A program made the position numbers and the translations under genes. A stretch of 63,318 bases of DNA, counting the filler, from Octopus bimaculoides (Eukaryota): assembly GCF_001194135.2 (NCBI RefSeq). It is 6 parts of 5 records of this genome, joined end to end, with 100 filler letters (N's around TTAATTAATTAA, not from the genome) between each part and the next. Parts side by side here need not be neighbours in the genome. Positions count along the whole stretch, not along the records: positions 10,373 to 31,055 come from NC_068981.1; positions 31,156 to 40,371 come from NC_069003.1; positions 40,472 to 46,756 come from NC_068982.1; 3 more parts are not named here. One strand, 5' to 3'. The notes under the pieces were generated by a model that was given only the letters and a program-made list of their open reading frames with translations, ran no database searches and was not told the origin of the DNA. Each line of letters starts with the position of its first letter. Positions within the stretch are counted from its first letter, which is position 1. Positions 27,147 to 41,337 of the stretch are shown in pieces.

Positions 27147-28953
27147 AAATATTTAAGTACATAGTAATACTTTATATTAGAAATTCAAAAATATTGTTTT
27201 TATATATAAAAAAAGTATATCTTCATATGAATTTGTAACTTACTGTGCATAATGTAAATATGCTGTCATTTTTGTTAAGGGTTTATTGTCTTTTGCACGA
27301 AGTTTATTTTACAATGATACAATGTTGAATTTGTGAGTGTACATTATTAATCATCACAACAGTACCAATAAGAGCGACGTCATCGGAAATTGCAGACCAG
27401 GCACATCATGACCATATTTATGGCTATAGATAGAGAATCTTGCATTAATATATTATAGCACAAATGAATTTCGAATTTGGTTTACTATATAGTGATAACC
27501 TTAAAAACAATGATATGTATAGTGCTAATAATAGGTCTACTAAAATAATTAAATTATTGCGATTACATTTGTACATCTGCATTATCATCAGTAGCATCAA
27601 CATCATGCATATTCCAGCCGTGGTCCATGGCTTTATCGTTCTTCGGAAGACTTTTCAGATATGAGTAATTGCTTTATGGGAATCATTACATCGTCATCTG
27701 GTCCTGAAGTATATCCTTCCTTTGATTATTTTCCTATAGTCTGTCACGTTACAGGATGTCCTGTTTGCAATTTTCGTGGCACCAACATTGGAGACGTTGA
27801 CTAATCCCTCAAGACTAAAGGAACATCACAACCCTGAACTTCTGCTCCTCTACCAAACACTTTACAACATATATTGAGTACATTTTATCACGATTTTAAT
27901 CAATATTAGTCAAATATTTGTCCAGAAATTTAGATGTATAACAAACCAGGAATTTTTAAGCAACGGTTAATTGTTTTAATTGATTCGATATGAATATCAA
28001 ATAATGAGATACTCAAAGCTCTGTGTTGTTCAAGTACAAAATCAGACTATCAGTTGCTCTTCATGAATCATGTTTTAAATTATGGTGAATTTCATCCAAT
28101 TCTCTATGATAACTAGGTAATCAACACGTGAGTACGGTGTAAAATACCGAGAAAAAAAAACATCAAATGTAAAATTGCAAATGATTGATCTCATCACACA
28201 CTTCTTTCATCTTTCATTCATATTTAACATACTTTCATCAGAAGTATCATGACATAAATACTACTAAATATATAAAAATATGTCTAAGAAAAATTGTTAA
28301 TTGTGAAATCAAAATTTGCACATAACGGGTTTTCTAGAATTTATGGTAAGATTTGTCAACTACATCAAAATTATCGAGAAATTTTCTGTTCTATGAGATC
28401 TATAATAATCTCTCGCCTCACATTTTCCTAAGGTTTGAATAATTATGGTCATACGATCAAAACGAAGCATTGACGTAAATAGGTTTCTCTGTTTCTGCGT
28501 TAGATATATTTCACAAAGTAACGAAAATAGTTTAAGTAACATATGTTGCCTGGCAAGAGATAAACATTATTATATCCCATTACGTATAATTATAGTACTA
28601 AACGTACAACATAATTTAATTGGTATAGATTACATTGATGTTTAGATCGAATGTAATTAAAATAATTATAGCTTAGTAACCAGGTAATTTTCTTAATTAA
28701 ATATCTCGTTTCCATTTGTTAACAAAGATCATCGGGACTTACGTAATCGAAGTTATCTGTAGGTCATTATATCTAAAAAGTAATGCGTAGAGATAGGCAT
28801 GCGAGAAAGATGTAACAAAAATAACTTCAGTGCTATAGTTGATGTTGTGGATTTTTAGTAATTTAATTTTCGCTCCGTTAATTGCTCGCTACGCTATCTC
28901 TGTTTTCTCATACACGTATTCATACATAAAATCATACGTGTGCGGACACAGAC

Positions 28954-29006
<53 letters not shown>

Positions 29007-29309
29007 CAATACTTCCGTTTGTTGCAATTGGTGTCTGCTCTTCCCTCAATACGTCATGTCTTCAAGCTCTGTGTAGCACTAGGCAATATATCTCAGACCT
29101 CATGTCTCTAGTCGGAAAAGGAATTTTGTAATCTACATATATTAAACAACTACATACTTTAACGCGTACATTTCACTTTGTACATACAGGAAACAGACTA
29201 CATGCACCTATAAGAATGTAAACGCACCCAAAACAAGGGAACACAATTATTCAAATCCGTTTTGGCAGTAAATACACTATCTGCCGTGAATCAATGAAGC
29301 CTTAAGTAT

Positions 29310-29495
29310 TTCCAGTGAAAGGACTAGTCGATTACATCAACCCCAGTACTCAACTAGTACCTGTTTTATCGATCCAGATAGAATATAAGTCAGAGTTGAT
29401 CTCGGCGGAATTTGAACTGAGAACCTAAAGCCGGAAGAAATTTTGCTAAGCATTTTTTCCGATATAGCAACAATGCTGCCACTTCGCTACCTCCA
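29310..29495 (-). mobile_element. SINE family B
   Basis: gatctcggcggaatttgaactgagaac is the reverse complement of the family B core. Confidence 0.8.
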
Positions 29496-30380
29496 CTCTG
29501 TAAAAGCTTCTCATACAATTCAATGCTAATCGTCCACTCAATTACTCACGTAAATTACTCATACACGTATACAAGTTACATACTGAAATCTCTGAGAAAT
29601 ACTGAAATACGCACAGACATATACAGATATTACGCACGCATCCACAATTTCAAAAGTGATAGCATTACTTATATTAACAGATAGGCACCTACATGGAACA
29701 ACAGTCAAGCTTATATAATAAGCGTGCTAATAATAATTAAAACCGAAACTATCCCGTTATAACACTACTCACTGCCCCACCAAGACTAAACGAAGAAAAA
29801 TACGCACGCAACTGTTATTTCATAACTATTCATTCATGCACATTAGCGCATAAGAACTGATTTATGATGCTTACTAACAAACTAACAGCAGCACTACATA
29901 ATTCACACTGCATTTTTATTCGTAGTTTCTTGACATTCTGTTCAGGTTAGATCTAAATGCATGCGTCGTTGCAGCGAGTTGCTGCATTCACTATTTATCG
30001 TTATATTCCCCATTCGTGCCGGATCCCCTTCAGCAGAGTCCCAGTCAGTATCTATACTTCCAAGACACCTCCTCATCAACCATGACGATGTGGTATGTAG
30101 TCGGCCAGAACGAGCCCTCAGCACAGCCGGAATCTTAGTGACGATTGTTCTAAAACGTATTTTCTACTAACTTTGTATATAATGACCAGCGCTAACAATA
30201 TGCCACACATGTGCATAAACATTTTGATGAACTATCAACCTTAAATTCTATTCCTGCTGTTTTTACGCAATTCAGAAGTTATTTTCTGGAATAAAACCTA
30301 AATAGCGCATGAACAATAATAACTCCGAAAATATTGCCTAATGAGTTAAGATGGATTATGTTGGAATATGACGAAACGGG

Positions 30381-30549
30381 CGTAGAAGTGGCTGTGTGGT
30401 AAGTAGCTTGCTTACCAACCACATGGTTCCGGATGCAGTCCCACTCCGTGTCACCTTGGGCCAGTGTCTTCTATTATAGTCCCGGGCTGACCAAAGACTT
30501 GTGAGTGGATTGGGTAGACGGAAACTGAAAGAAGCCCGTCGTATATATG

Positions 30550-30587
<38 letters not shown>

Positions 30588-30597
30588 NNNNNNNNNN

Positions 30598-30635
<38 letters not shown>

Positions 30636-30843
30636 TAAGTGTATGTGTTTGTGTGTCTGTGTTTGGCCCTCCAATATCGTTTGAGAACCGATGCTGGTGT
30701 GTTTACGTCCCCGTAGCTTAGTGGATCGGCAAAAGAAAACGATAGGATAAGTGCTAGGCTTACAAGGAATAAGTCTTGGGGTCGATTTGCTCCACTAAAG
30801 ACGTTGCTCCAGCATGGCCACAGTCAGGTGACTGAAACAAGTA
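30381..30843 (+). mobile_element. SINE family A, full length with expanded internal TA/TG tract
   Basis: Colinear with 48881-49280. Confidence 0.92.
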
Positions 30844-31011
30844 TTGAGCTGAAGTACTAATATAATTTGCTCACTGTTTTTTTTCATCATTGTCATTATA
30901 CTTTACTTTGCGATGTTTGTTAGAGTGAACATATAGACAAGAGGGTTACACCCTGCGAAGAACATACTTTATGTTAGTATGTATGTATGTATGCACTTAT
31001 GCATGCATATG

Positions 31012-31049
<38 letters not shown>

Positions 31050-31145
31050 TATATANNNNNNNNNNNNNNNNNNNNNNNNNNNNNNNNNNNNNNNNNNNNT
31101 TAATTAATTAANNNNNNNNNNNNNNNNNNNNNNNNNNNNNNNNNN

Positions 31146-31680
31146 NNNNNNNNNNCAGTCGTATATATGTATATATATATGTGTGTGTGTGTGTGTGTAT
31201 GTGTGTTTGTCCCCCTCCCCACTGTCACTTGATAACTGATGTTGGTGTGTTTACGTCCCCATAACTTAGCAGTTCGGCAAAAAGAGACCGATAAGTACTA
31301 GGCTTCCAAAGAATAAGTCCTGGGGTCGATTTGCTCGACTAAAGGCGGCGCCCCAGCATGGCTGCAGTCAAATGACTGAAACAAATAAAAGAGTAAAAAG
31401 AGTATATATATATTCATGTGTGTGTGAGTGTGTGTTACTGTCATCTTGCCTTGACATCACATGGTGGTTGTAAATGAATATCACTGTCATACAAGCAGTG
31501 TCCTTCGTTCCAAATCTTCCTCGAAATCATGTCTGGTTATGAGGAAATTTTACCTTACTTGGAAAACAGGTGTAGGGCTGGAGACAGGAAGGGTGGTATC
31601 CAGCCATAGAAAATCTGCCTCAACAATGCAAGCAGGGAAAAGTGGGTATTAAGATGATGATGATGATCAGAGGGGCCCAG
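31146..31680 (+). mobile_element. SINE family A 3' half followed by a second SINE/LINE tail ending in (GAT)n
   Basis: 31146-31400 matches the family A 3' module; 31420-31668 ends gaaaatctgcctcaac...ttaagatgatgatgatg, also seen inverted at 1150-1235 and 35880-35920. Confidence 0.75.
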
Positions 31681-31887
31681 GTAGGACAGAAAAACTTCAC
31701 TAAGCTATTGTTTGTATGCTGTTGTTGTTGTTGTTGTCTCTTTCTGTTAGGCTATATTGCAGAGTGTGCGTGTGTATGTGTGTGTGTGTGAGTGTTTGTG
31801 TGTGTGTATGACACTGTATAGTTGTATGTCATTGCGAGGCTATATCCGTATGTATGTGCTCTGTGTCTGTGCACACCTGTATATATG

Positions 31888-31933
<46 letters not shown>

Positions 31934-31994
31934 CGTGCGTGCGTGCGTGCGTGTGTGGTGCAGCATTTCATATTACCATGTCTTCTAGGAGTTA

Positions 31995-32210
31995 GGCTGT
32001 GAGATGGCCGAAATGTTAGTATACCAGGTAAAAAGCTTCATGGCATTATATCCAATTTTACATTCCGAATTCAAATTCTACCAGGTTCCACTTCTTTGCC
32101 TTTCATCCTTTCAGGGTCAATAAAATAGGTACCAGCTGGCCACTGGGGTCAATGTCATCAACATAACCCCCTCCCTTGAAATTACTGGCCTTGTACCAAA
32201 ATTTGAAACT
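31995..32210 (+). mobile_element. SINE family B, diverged
   Basis: gaattcaaattctacc...ctttgcctttcatcctttcagggtc...ggccttgtaccaaaatttgaaac. Confidence 0.8.
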
Positions 32211-32253
32211 GTTGTCTACTAGGAGTGTTTTTGTATCTTGCGGAGATGTAACT

Positions 32254-32308
<55 letters not shown>

Positions 32309-32597
32309 CTGTTGAGTCTGATGGTTGTATTCGATGGTTTCTGGTGCTGTTAATAAAAAGGGAGACTACAGATTTGGTAGATGTTAAAGTCTGTTGTTGT
32401 GGAGCCAAGTTTTTTAGGTGGTGCATTTAGTTTTGAAGTAGCTGTGTGCATATGACTTAAAACTGGATCCGACAGTGGGTCCCTGGTATGGAAGTTCCGT
32501 TATCATCATCACATCGAGTGCTGCATTGGAAATACTCTAATTTTCTACTCTTCAGGTATGGTCCTGAATAGGTATGTACATATGTGCATACATATGC

Positions 32598-32774
32598 ACG
32601 ATGGGCTTCTTTCAGTTTTGATCTACCAAAACCACTCACATGGCTTTGGCATTGGTTGACCCAGGGCTATAGTAGAAGACACTTGCCCAAGCTGTCGTGC
32701 AGTGGGATTAAATCTGAGACCATATATGGTTGGGAAGCAAGCTTCTCAATCACACAGCCACACCTGCGCCTGCG
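32598..32774 (-). mobile_element. SINE family A, 5' half
   Basis: gggcttctttcagttt...agaagacacttgcccaag...cacagccacacctgcgcc. Confidence 0.85.
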
Positions 32775-33168
32775 AAAAAAAAAATTTAAACAAAGTCACA
32801 CTGTATATGTCAAATGGGAAAATCCTTGGGGAAAAAAATACCAATAAAACTGGTGTAATATAAAGGAAGTTCTTGGAAATATTTGTTCCGGATCAAGTTG
32901 GATACTTCTGTTTCCCCGATTTCAATTTCTTTCTTATTTTACAGTTTTCTTACGTCAATCTCTTGCCAATACTTTCAGATCACAAAAGGTTTTCAGCATT
33001 TTTTCTCACTTTCATCTAAATTCTTCCTAATTTCCTCCAATCAAGATTTCCTCAAAAGATTTCATTTTCTTTCATTAATTCCCTTCATATTTTTTTTTTT
33101 ACATGTCCCTTCGTATTTTCTGGAAGTTTTTCTTTTCTTTAATCTTGGAATTACTTCTCATCTCATGC

Positions 33169-33201
<33 letters not shown>

Positions 33202-33658
33202 TGTACACACATACACACTTTTATAAATAAATACACACACACACACATATCCTATATAAGTAGTTATCATCTGCCCTATCCTCTTGTCTCTCTTTACCAA
33301 AATACGACATCTTTGCTCCAATATCCCTGCTCCCATGATATTAACCAAAAACCTGGCCGCTATCCAACGGGCTCCTGTTGATGTTTCCCTTTTTATGTAG
33401 ACAACTTTAGAACAGGGATGAAATGTATGTGTGTGTGTGTGTGTGCGTGCGAATGTGCCTGTGTGTATTATGTGTGCATGTGTATGTATATATATCTACG
33501 AGTGTGTATGTGTCTGCGCACGTGTGTTTGTGTTTGTTAGTGTGTGTACGTTGTGCGCTCGAGTTAATGGGGGGGGGACTAACTGGCTTTGTTCTGTCTT
33601 GGACAGAATCCAGATTTCTAACAGCTGTTTCATATTTGTCCCGAACGAATGATACCTG

Positions 33659-33722
<64 letters not shown>

Positions 33723-33887
33723 GAAAAGGGGGCTTCCTAAGATTCTCTGTAATTAATAGAGCAACGTACTTTAGGTGGCCGTGTTGAAAGGCTGTCAAAC
33801 TATCAACTGAAAGATTGGTGGTTCGTATCTTACCATAAGCACTGTGAAATGTCTTTGTACAAAACTACAAATTATTACTATAGTTAG

Positions 33888-34050
33888 AGGCATGGGTGTG
33901 TGATTAAGAAGCTCACGTTGCAACCAGGTCGTTTCAGGTTCAGTCCCACTGTGCAGTACTACCTTGGGCAAGTATCTTCTATAATCTCCGACCGACCAAT
34001 GCCTTGTGAATGAATTTGGTAGAGAGAAACTGTAAATTTATGTGTGTGTG
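33888..34050 (+). mobile_element. SINE family A, 5' half
   Basis: ggttcagtcccactgtgc...ccttgggcaagtatcttc...gccttgtgaatgaatttggtag. Confidence 0.82.
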
Positions 34051-36105
34051 TTTTACTCATACACATACAGAAAATGATTCACAGTTAATATGAAGGCCTA
34101 CTAATTTGCATTTTGTTTGTTATTTACTTGACAGCTTTTACCAAATTACCAATTATACCAACACACAGTAACATACCAGTGTTGAAATACCGAAGTATAT
34201 TTCTAACGCTACTTTGTGGTTGAGTGAAACTCAAAGAACTTAAGCTGCAAATTCTCAGCTGCAAAGCGCAGTTAATGACTGTAAAATTGCTTAACGTGGC
34301 TGTAGATATGGTTTTATTAACTTTTTAGTTGTTTTCTTCTGCCTACCTAACACAATCAGTTAACTTTTTCAGGCAATGAGATGTTTGGGTGTAGCTTGAG
34401 GGAAATTAGGCTGCTATTTCGGCGACCTTTCGTTTTATGTATATGGAAAGTCAGATAAGTTGAAAGAAAAACAACTGTCATAGTTAACCATGAGGTGCCT
34501 ACGTAACAGGCCGATATACCTGCAAGGAATAGCAGCGATCTTTTGTTTTAGGAGCATATAACGACAGGCAACGAATTAGAAGAAACCAACAAAAGAACCC
34601 TTTAATGATAAACCACAGTCTTTATTTTGTAGAGATCATTTTACATTACGTAGGGACTCAATAAAAGGAACATAGCATTTCATCAAAAGTAAATATGGCG
34701 CCATGCCATAGAATTCGAGACAATCTCTTTTTAACTTACGTAAATTTACCTGGTGTCATTTTCCCTAAACCTAAGGACGATCTTTTTATGAAATGAAGAT
34801 TTGGTTTACCATGTAATAATTTGACAGTTGTTTTCCTTTCACTTTGTTTGACGTTTCATGTACATAGAATGAAAGGTTGCCCAAATAATTTCCCCCTCAA
34901 ACTATACCCAAACATCTTTAAAAACAGATTATGAAGTTCCATATAAACTTTAACTGGACTTACAAAGATAGAACAGTTTTGGTCGTAAGTTTACTCAATC
35001 GACTCCTTTAAATATGTTTTCTACAACTTTCTGGAGTCAGTCAAAACCCTGTGAATGAAATTTGCTAGACGAAAACTTTGTGGAAGTCTGTTGAAGTGGC
35101 CAAGGCTTCGTCTGAGTTCAATTTCTTCCAACCACATGAGACATTTCAAACTTTTACCTGATAGTTTCCAAATTTTCTATATTGAAGTACTTTTATATAC
35201 TGACGACGAAAATCGCATTCATTTTTTTTTTTGTTTTCAAGAAAATAGTAAAGTGACAAGCATTTAAAATTGTGTAATTAATCCATGGACTCTGCTAGAT
35301 ACTCCAGAGCGCGCACACAGAAATACATACATACATGTTTTGCACCTATAAAGCTAGCTAAGTGCTTTAGGTACGAAACCAATGGTCATTCTCTGACCAG
35401 ACATAGCAACTTCCTAAAAAAAATGTAGAGACAGACAGCCAGATGCTGATATTTGATATCTTCAGCAAGACAGAAATTCCACACCTACCACTTTATCACA
35501 CTGAAATTGGTTTGACAACTCCGGACTCATTTGATTAATTAAATCTAATAATTTCAAATTACAGTACCTTATGCTTCTTGCAACTGGCTGATGTCATAGA
35601 GGTGGGCGGGGTGAACGGTCTGTCAGCTGTAAGGTCACTGGTTTATTAATGACGTCAGTACTTTGCTGTATCTACATTCTAAACTCTGAATTCATGTTAC
35701 CCTACACACCTTAACTTACTACATATGGAAGCTCAGCAAGGAACACTAAAATTCCAATTTGAGAGGAAGGGGAAGTCGATTACATCAACCCTTTGAACAC
35801 AGAACAAGAAGACGAAAGAAATTTCACTCAGCGTTTTGTTCTGTAAATTAGCAATTCTGCCAACTCACAGCCATATATGCCATAATCATTTTAATGTCCG
35901 TTTTTCCATGCTTGCATTGGTCTGCCTCGGGATATAGTTGAAGACACTTGCCCAAAGTTCAGTGGCACTAAACTCGAAATCACATGGTTTCTAAGCGAGT
36001 GTCTCTCGATAATTTGATCATTATACTTTTAATATTTTTAATAAGTGTTCTGTAGGTACTTATTTGTTTTCGTATGGAGTTTTAACCAACTCTGCTCTAA
36101 CCATT

Positions 36106-36319
36106 TTGTTTCAGTCATTTGAATGCAGCCATGCTGGGGCACTGTCTTGAAGGGGTTTTAGTCGAACAAATCAATTCCAGAACATATTTCTTTAAAGCCT
36201 GGTACTTATTTTATCGGATCTTTATGCCGAACCGCTAAGTTATGGGGTTGTAGACACACACACACACACACACACTGGTTGTCAAATGGTGAAGGGAGAC
36301 AGACATAGAACTCCTCCCT

Positions 36320-36369
<50 letters not shown>

Positions 36370-36888
36370 NNNNNNNNNNNNNNNNNNNNNNNNNNNNNNN
36401 NNNNNNNNNNNNNNNNNNNNNNNNNNNNNNNNNNNNNNNNNNNNNNNNNNNNNNNNNNNNNNNNNNNNNNNNNNNNNNNNNNNNNNNNNNNNNNNNNNNN
36501 NNNNNNNNNNNNNNNNNNNNNNNNNNNNNNNNNNNNNNNNNNNNNNNNNNNNNNNNNNNNNNNNNNNNNNNNNNNNNNNNNNNNNNNNNNNNNNNNNNNN
36601 NNNNNNNNNNNNNNNNNNNNNNNNNNNNNNNNNNNNNNNNNNNNNNNNNNNNNNNNNNNNNNNNNNNNNNNNNNNNNNNNNNNNNNNNNNNNNNNNNNNN
36701 NNNNNNATATATATATATATATATATATACGATGGGCTTCTTGCAGTTTCTGTCTACCAAATTCACTCACAAGGCTTTGGTCGGCCCAAGGCTACAGAAG
36801 AAGACACTTGCCTGAGGTGCCACATAGTGGGACTGAACCCAGAACCATGTGGTTGGGAAGCAAGCTTCTAACCACAGCCACGCCTGCA
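36106..36888 (-). mobile_element. SINE family A, full length, with an N gap inside its internal (TA)n
   Basis: 3' module 36106-36300 and head 36728-36888 flank the gap. Confidence 0.88.
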
Positions 36889-36960
36889 CCTATACAAAAA
36901 TAAAAGCTATGATGTATTTTGAGATACATATACAAAACATATGTAATTCCAAATACAAAG

Positions 36961-36991
<31 letters not shown>

Positions 36992-37329
36992 ATTCTTTGT
37001 ATTTGGAATTATATTTTGACCGTTAAACCAAGACTGCTGTATTTTAACTTTGCAGAAAGTAAAATAACAGACCCCTTCAAACATAAACAAAATGTATTTA
37101 TATGTTTCCAATGCGATTGGATTATGTTTATATTCCAGAAAAAAATGTACTGCAGCTGCAGATCCACTAATGTTAACCAGTTGCTGATTAGTGAAGAGAG
37201 AAATCTTTTAAAAGTTAAACCATTATTTTTTTTTTACAGGCTCTGATGTTCGAAACGTATTATGGATAGTATGTATGTGTGTGTGTTGTGCTAGTATGTG
37301 TGTATATATATATATATGTATGTACGTAC

Positions 37330-37360
<31 letters not shown>

Positions 37361-37419
37361 TGTATGTATGTATGTATGTGTGTATGTATGCATGCATGCA
37401 TGTATGTATGTATGTACGT

Positions 37420-38618
37420 ATGAGAGTTAGTCAAAAGTTATAGGCTCCCTTCTACCTTTAATTTATTAAAACAAAAGCAGGGTTGAACGATTACATCAAT
37501 TTTCGACATAGTCTCCTTACTTTGCGATGCATTTCTTCCTGCAGTCCACAAGCTTGCTTAGTCCATCAGAGAAGTTTTTGGCTGGTTGCATTAACCATTT
37601 ATGCACCGCTTCCTGCTCTTCTTCGGCCATAGCAAATCGAGGACCTCTAAAGAATATTTGAGCGGTCCTAAGAGGTGACAGTCGGAAGGAGCAAGATCTG
37701 GACTGTAAGCAGGATGTTCCAGTGAGCTGAAGTCCAATTTTCCAATGGTCTCAACGGTGCGAGCAGCCGCATGCGGATGCGCATTATTGTGCAACAATAA
37801 CACTTCCTTTGACAATAGACTTTGGCATTTGATGTGAATAGTTGGATTCAGTTTGTTGGCCAGCATTTCACTGGTGTCTGTCGAACCCCTTTTCAGGTAA
37901 TGTTCCAGTACAGGCCCTTTTACATCTCCCAAACAATTAGTATTACGTTTTTTTCTGCAGAAGGTTGAGTCTTGAATTTCTTATTCACTGGCGATTTCAG
38001 ATGCTTCTACTCTGTCTTTTGGATTCTGGCTCAAAGTCATGGGCCCATGTCTCATTTCCTGTGACTATTCCTTCCCGCAAAAAATCTTCACATTCATCAT
38101 TATAGCGGTCGAGTAAGCATTGACAGATCTCCACAAGACTGCACTTATGTACTTCGGTAAGCTCTTTTGATACCCATCTCGTGCAGACTTTATGGAAGTG
38201 AAGCTTGTCGTGGATGATTTCGTATGCAGAACCATGATTAATTTGCAGAGAACATGCCACCTCATCAATGGTCACTTGTGGGTACACTAGAACCATCTCT
38301 TGAGCTTGTCGAATCTTCACGTAAAAGGTGGAGATTGATGGACATCCTGCTCCCTCTTTGTGTTTCATGCTTGTCCAGCCATTTTTAAGCTTCTCAATTC
38401 ATTCACACACAAGTCTACACAGTAGAGCGCTGTTCCTGTATTGTACTGAAAATTTGAAATGAATTTCAACCACTGACACACCTTCAGGCCAGAGAAATTA
38501 AATCAACTGACCTCTGCTCGTCTTTGGTACACACCGCCAATGGAGCAGCCATGTTTACTCTGTAAACCTAAAACGAGGTTGGGCAAAAATGCGGGTGATT
38601 GTTGACTTTCCCTTGCAT
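37420..38618 (-). mobile_element. Decayed, near full-length mariner transposon
   Basis: RWVSKEL (WVPxxL), IVTGNETW, LLHNNAHPH, EHPAYSPDLAPSD; degenerate TIRs (tatgagagttagtcaaaag / gttgactttcccttgca); stops and frameshifts. Confidence 0.93.
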
Positions 38619-38690
38619 GCATATTTGAATGTATGTATTCCTGCATGTATGTATACATTTGTATGTACTTATATACATATATCTACATAC

Positions 38691-38865
38691 AGGTGCAGAC
38701 GTGACTGTGTGGCAAGAAGCTTGTTTCCCAACCACATGGTATCAGGTTCAGTTCCACTGCGTGGCACCTTGGGCAAGTGTCTTCTATTATAGACACAGGC
38801 CAGTCACAGGTCGACCAAAGCCAGTGAGTGGATTTGGTAGATGGAAATTGAAAGAAGCCCGTCAC

Positions 38866-38911
<46 letters not shown>

Positions 38912-39086
38912 TTATGTATGTATTTTTGTGTGTCTGTGTTTGTCCCCACCATCGCTTGATAACCGATGTTGATGTGTTTTTACTTAACAATTCGGCAAAA
39001 GAGACAGATAGAATAAGTACTAGGCTTACAATGAATAAGTTTTGGAGTCAATTTCTTTGACTAAAAACCCTTTAAGGTGGTGCAGT
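38691..39086 (+). mobile_element. SINE family A, near full length
   Basis: Colinear with 48881-49280. Confidence 0.9.
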
Positions 39087-39419
39087 CATACAATATCAAT
39101 ATATATATATGATACCAACAGCAAAACGACCATAAACCAAGAATCCTTTAACAAGTTCAACCATACGAAAATGAAAGGCCACTCAGAACAATGTGACTAC
39201 AAGTTATGAAAGATTTTGAAACAAGTATATCGATTAGAAATTAAACATACATGGTCTTCAACTTGTTACGTTCTTTGATTATCTCCCTTGAAAACATGTT
39301 CATCGTTTCCACGTAACCTATGGTGGCGTTGCTGTTTCCAAAGTTTATTTTTGTTTCTCTATTAGTAATTTTACTCGCGTATCTATCTTAAAATGAGCTG
39401 CTTGGCGGAGGTCTGCGGA

Positions 39420-39588
39420 GGATGACATGACAAGCCTTGACTATTGGGATCGACTCAAAAAGCTCAGGCTTTGCTCCCTCCACCGCCGTTGTGAGCTCTA
39501 TATCATCTGAATGATGTGGAAAATATTCCATCAATATTGCCCATCTTTAAAATTCGTCCGAGGCTTGGCCCCTGTGCCATCTGTCCAT
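39420..39588 (+). mobile_element. CR1/L2-group LINE 3' fragment, likely same family as 12440-12790
   Basis: DMTSLDYWDRLKKLRLCSLHRRCELYII*MMWKIFH...FKIRPRLGP; shares PRLGP with the other fragment. Confidence 0.72.
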
Positions 39589-40471
39589 NNNNNNNNNNNN
39601 NNNNNNNNNNNNNNNNNNNNNNNNNNNNNNNNNNNNNNNNNNNNNNNNNNNNNNNNNNNNNNNNNNNNNNNNNNNNNNNNNNNNNNNNNNNNNNNNNNNN
39701 NNNNNNNNNNNNNNNNNNNNNNNNNCTCTATCTTTGTATCTATCTCCTCCTCTCATTCTTCTTTATACTGTTCTTCGCCTCTCCCCTTCACTATTATATA
39801 TCTCTCTCTGTCTCTCGTTGCTCACTTATATTCTACTTCCTCCCCTTTTTCTCCCTCTACCACTCTTTCTCCCTACCCCTCACTGGTCACATGTGTCCAG
39901 TCACTCACTCTTTTCATATCTTGGTCTCCCCAAGCTCGCACGTACATTTTCGTCCTTCCAGTTCGTGCTGCACAGCGTTCAATATACCTATACTTTTTCA
40001 CGTCTGGCCGTATAGCCTTTTTTGTTTGTTTATTTCACTGTTTCGTTTTCCTGTCTTGTTTTCCGTCCGCCACTCCATTCCACCATGGAACAAATTTAAT
40101 TTGTGTCCGTGGGAAGACCCATTTTAACGATGCATCCTGCCCTAACTCTTCGAAACGCCAATGTTATAATGATGGCAGCTGATAAAGAAAATGTTCTCTA
40201 TATGACTTGTGTATTTTCTGTACCCTGTTTATTATTTTGTCCATATTTTTTTGCAACGTCATGTACCCAGATATGCATCTATATATACATGTAGATGAAG
40301 GTATGTACATACATGTACATATATATGCATATACTCATATATTATTTGTGTGTGTATATATATATATATATNNNNNNNNNNNNNNNNNNNNNNNNNNNNN
40401 NNNNNNNNNNNNNNNTTAATTAATTAANNNNNNNNNNNNNNNNNNNNNNNNNNNNNNNNNNNNNNNNNNNN

Positions 40472-40782
40472 GCGTATAATATCGAAATATATTCCTCACG
40501 TGTCCATTTATGCCGTTTTGGTTTTGTTTGCGGGACATGAGGAACACCGTCCGGTCCTTTATTTTGACGGTCATCGTTTTCGTAGGGTACCGGTTCGTTT
40601 AATTCTGTTGTCAGATTGTTTTGCACGTTCAGATCTTCGTATTTCTTTCGTAACAAGCTTACAGTACGCACCTCTCGGTTGTTATTCTTGGGTGTTATAA
40701 TACCGGTGTTATTTAATCTGTTTGTAATTTTTTTGTACATGGTGTTTTGGGGTTCGAAGATGGTTTGATTTTGATGTAACAC
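40472..40782 (-). mobile_element. Probable N-terminal fragment of an R4/Dong-type ORF
   Basis: KPKRHKWTREEYISILY resembles the Myb-like N-terminus of R4-clade proteins; runs into a gap. Confidence 0.5.
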
Positions 40783-41026
40783 GTGTGTTTACGATCGCTG
40801 TGCGGGTAGTGGCGGTATCAAGTTAAAATACATCATTATATTTGGAAAGATAGAAAGTAATTTCAATGGGTATTACTTACTCGGATATAATCCAACACTT
40901 TGTCAGCTATTTTTTGGCTCAATGCGATGTCTTTATTTCCGATGTTTTTGGATAAGTTTCGGTGCAGTGATTTATCGTTCTCACATGTTAATCTTCCCCG
41001 GTGTTATTCTTGTTAAACTTCACCGG

Positions 41027-41028
<2 letters not shown>

Positions 41029-41091
<63 letters not shown>

Positions 41092-41283
41092 TCACTGCCT
41101 GGAATCGAACTCGGAATCATGGGGGGTTAGTAGCCTGCGGTCTTAACCACTACGCCATGTTCTGAAACTCATTTTCTGTTTTCGTCACTAATACGCCATA
41201 TGCCCACGGACACATGGCGTAGTGGTTAACAGCGTGGGCTACTAGCCCCAAGATTCCGAGTTAGATTCCAGGCAATTTCCTGC

Positions 41284-41327
<44 letters not shown>

Positions 41328-41337
41328 NNNNNNNNNN

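Noticed and set aside
34400-35260. Possible Tc1-like remnant (also 12170-12420, 16030-16330, 32850-33115) and RTE remnants (27700-27860, 59640-59900)
   Set aside because: Too degenerate to support with a clear motif by eye; left unannotated pending RepeatMasker.
37591-38368. Mariner with Asn at two catalytic Asp positions (VTGNETW, HNNA) as a possible domesticated transposase
   Set aside because: The frame is broken by stops and frameshifts; single G>A changes fit neutral decay.
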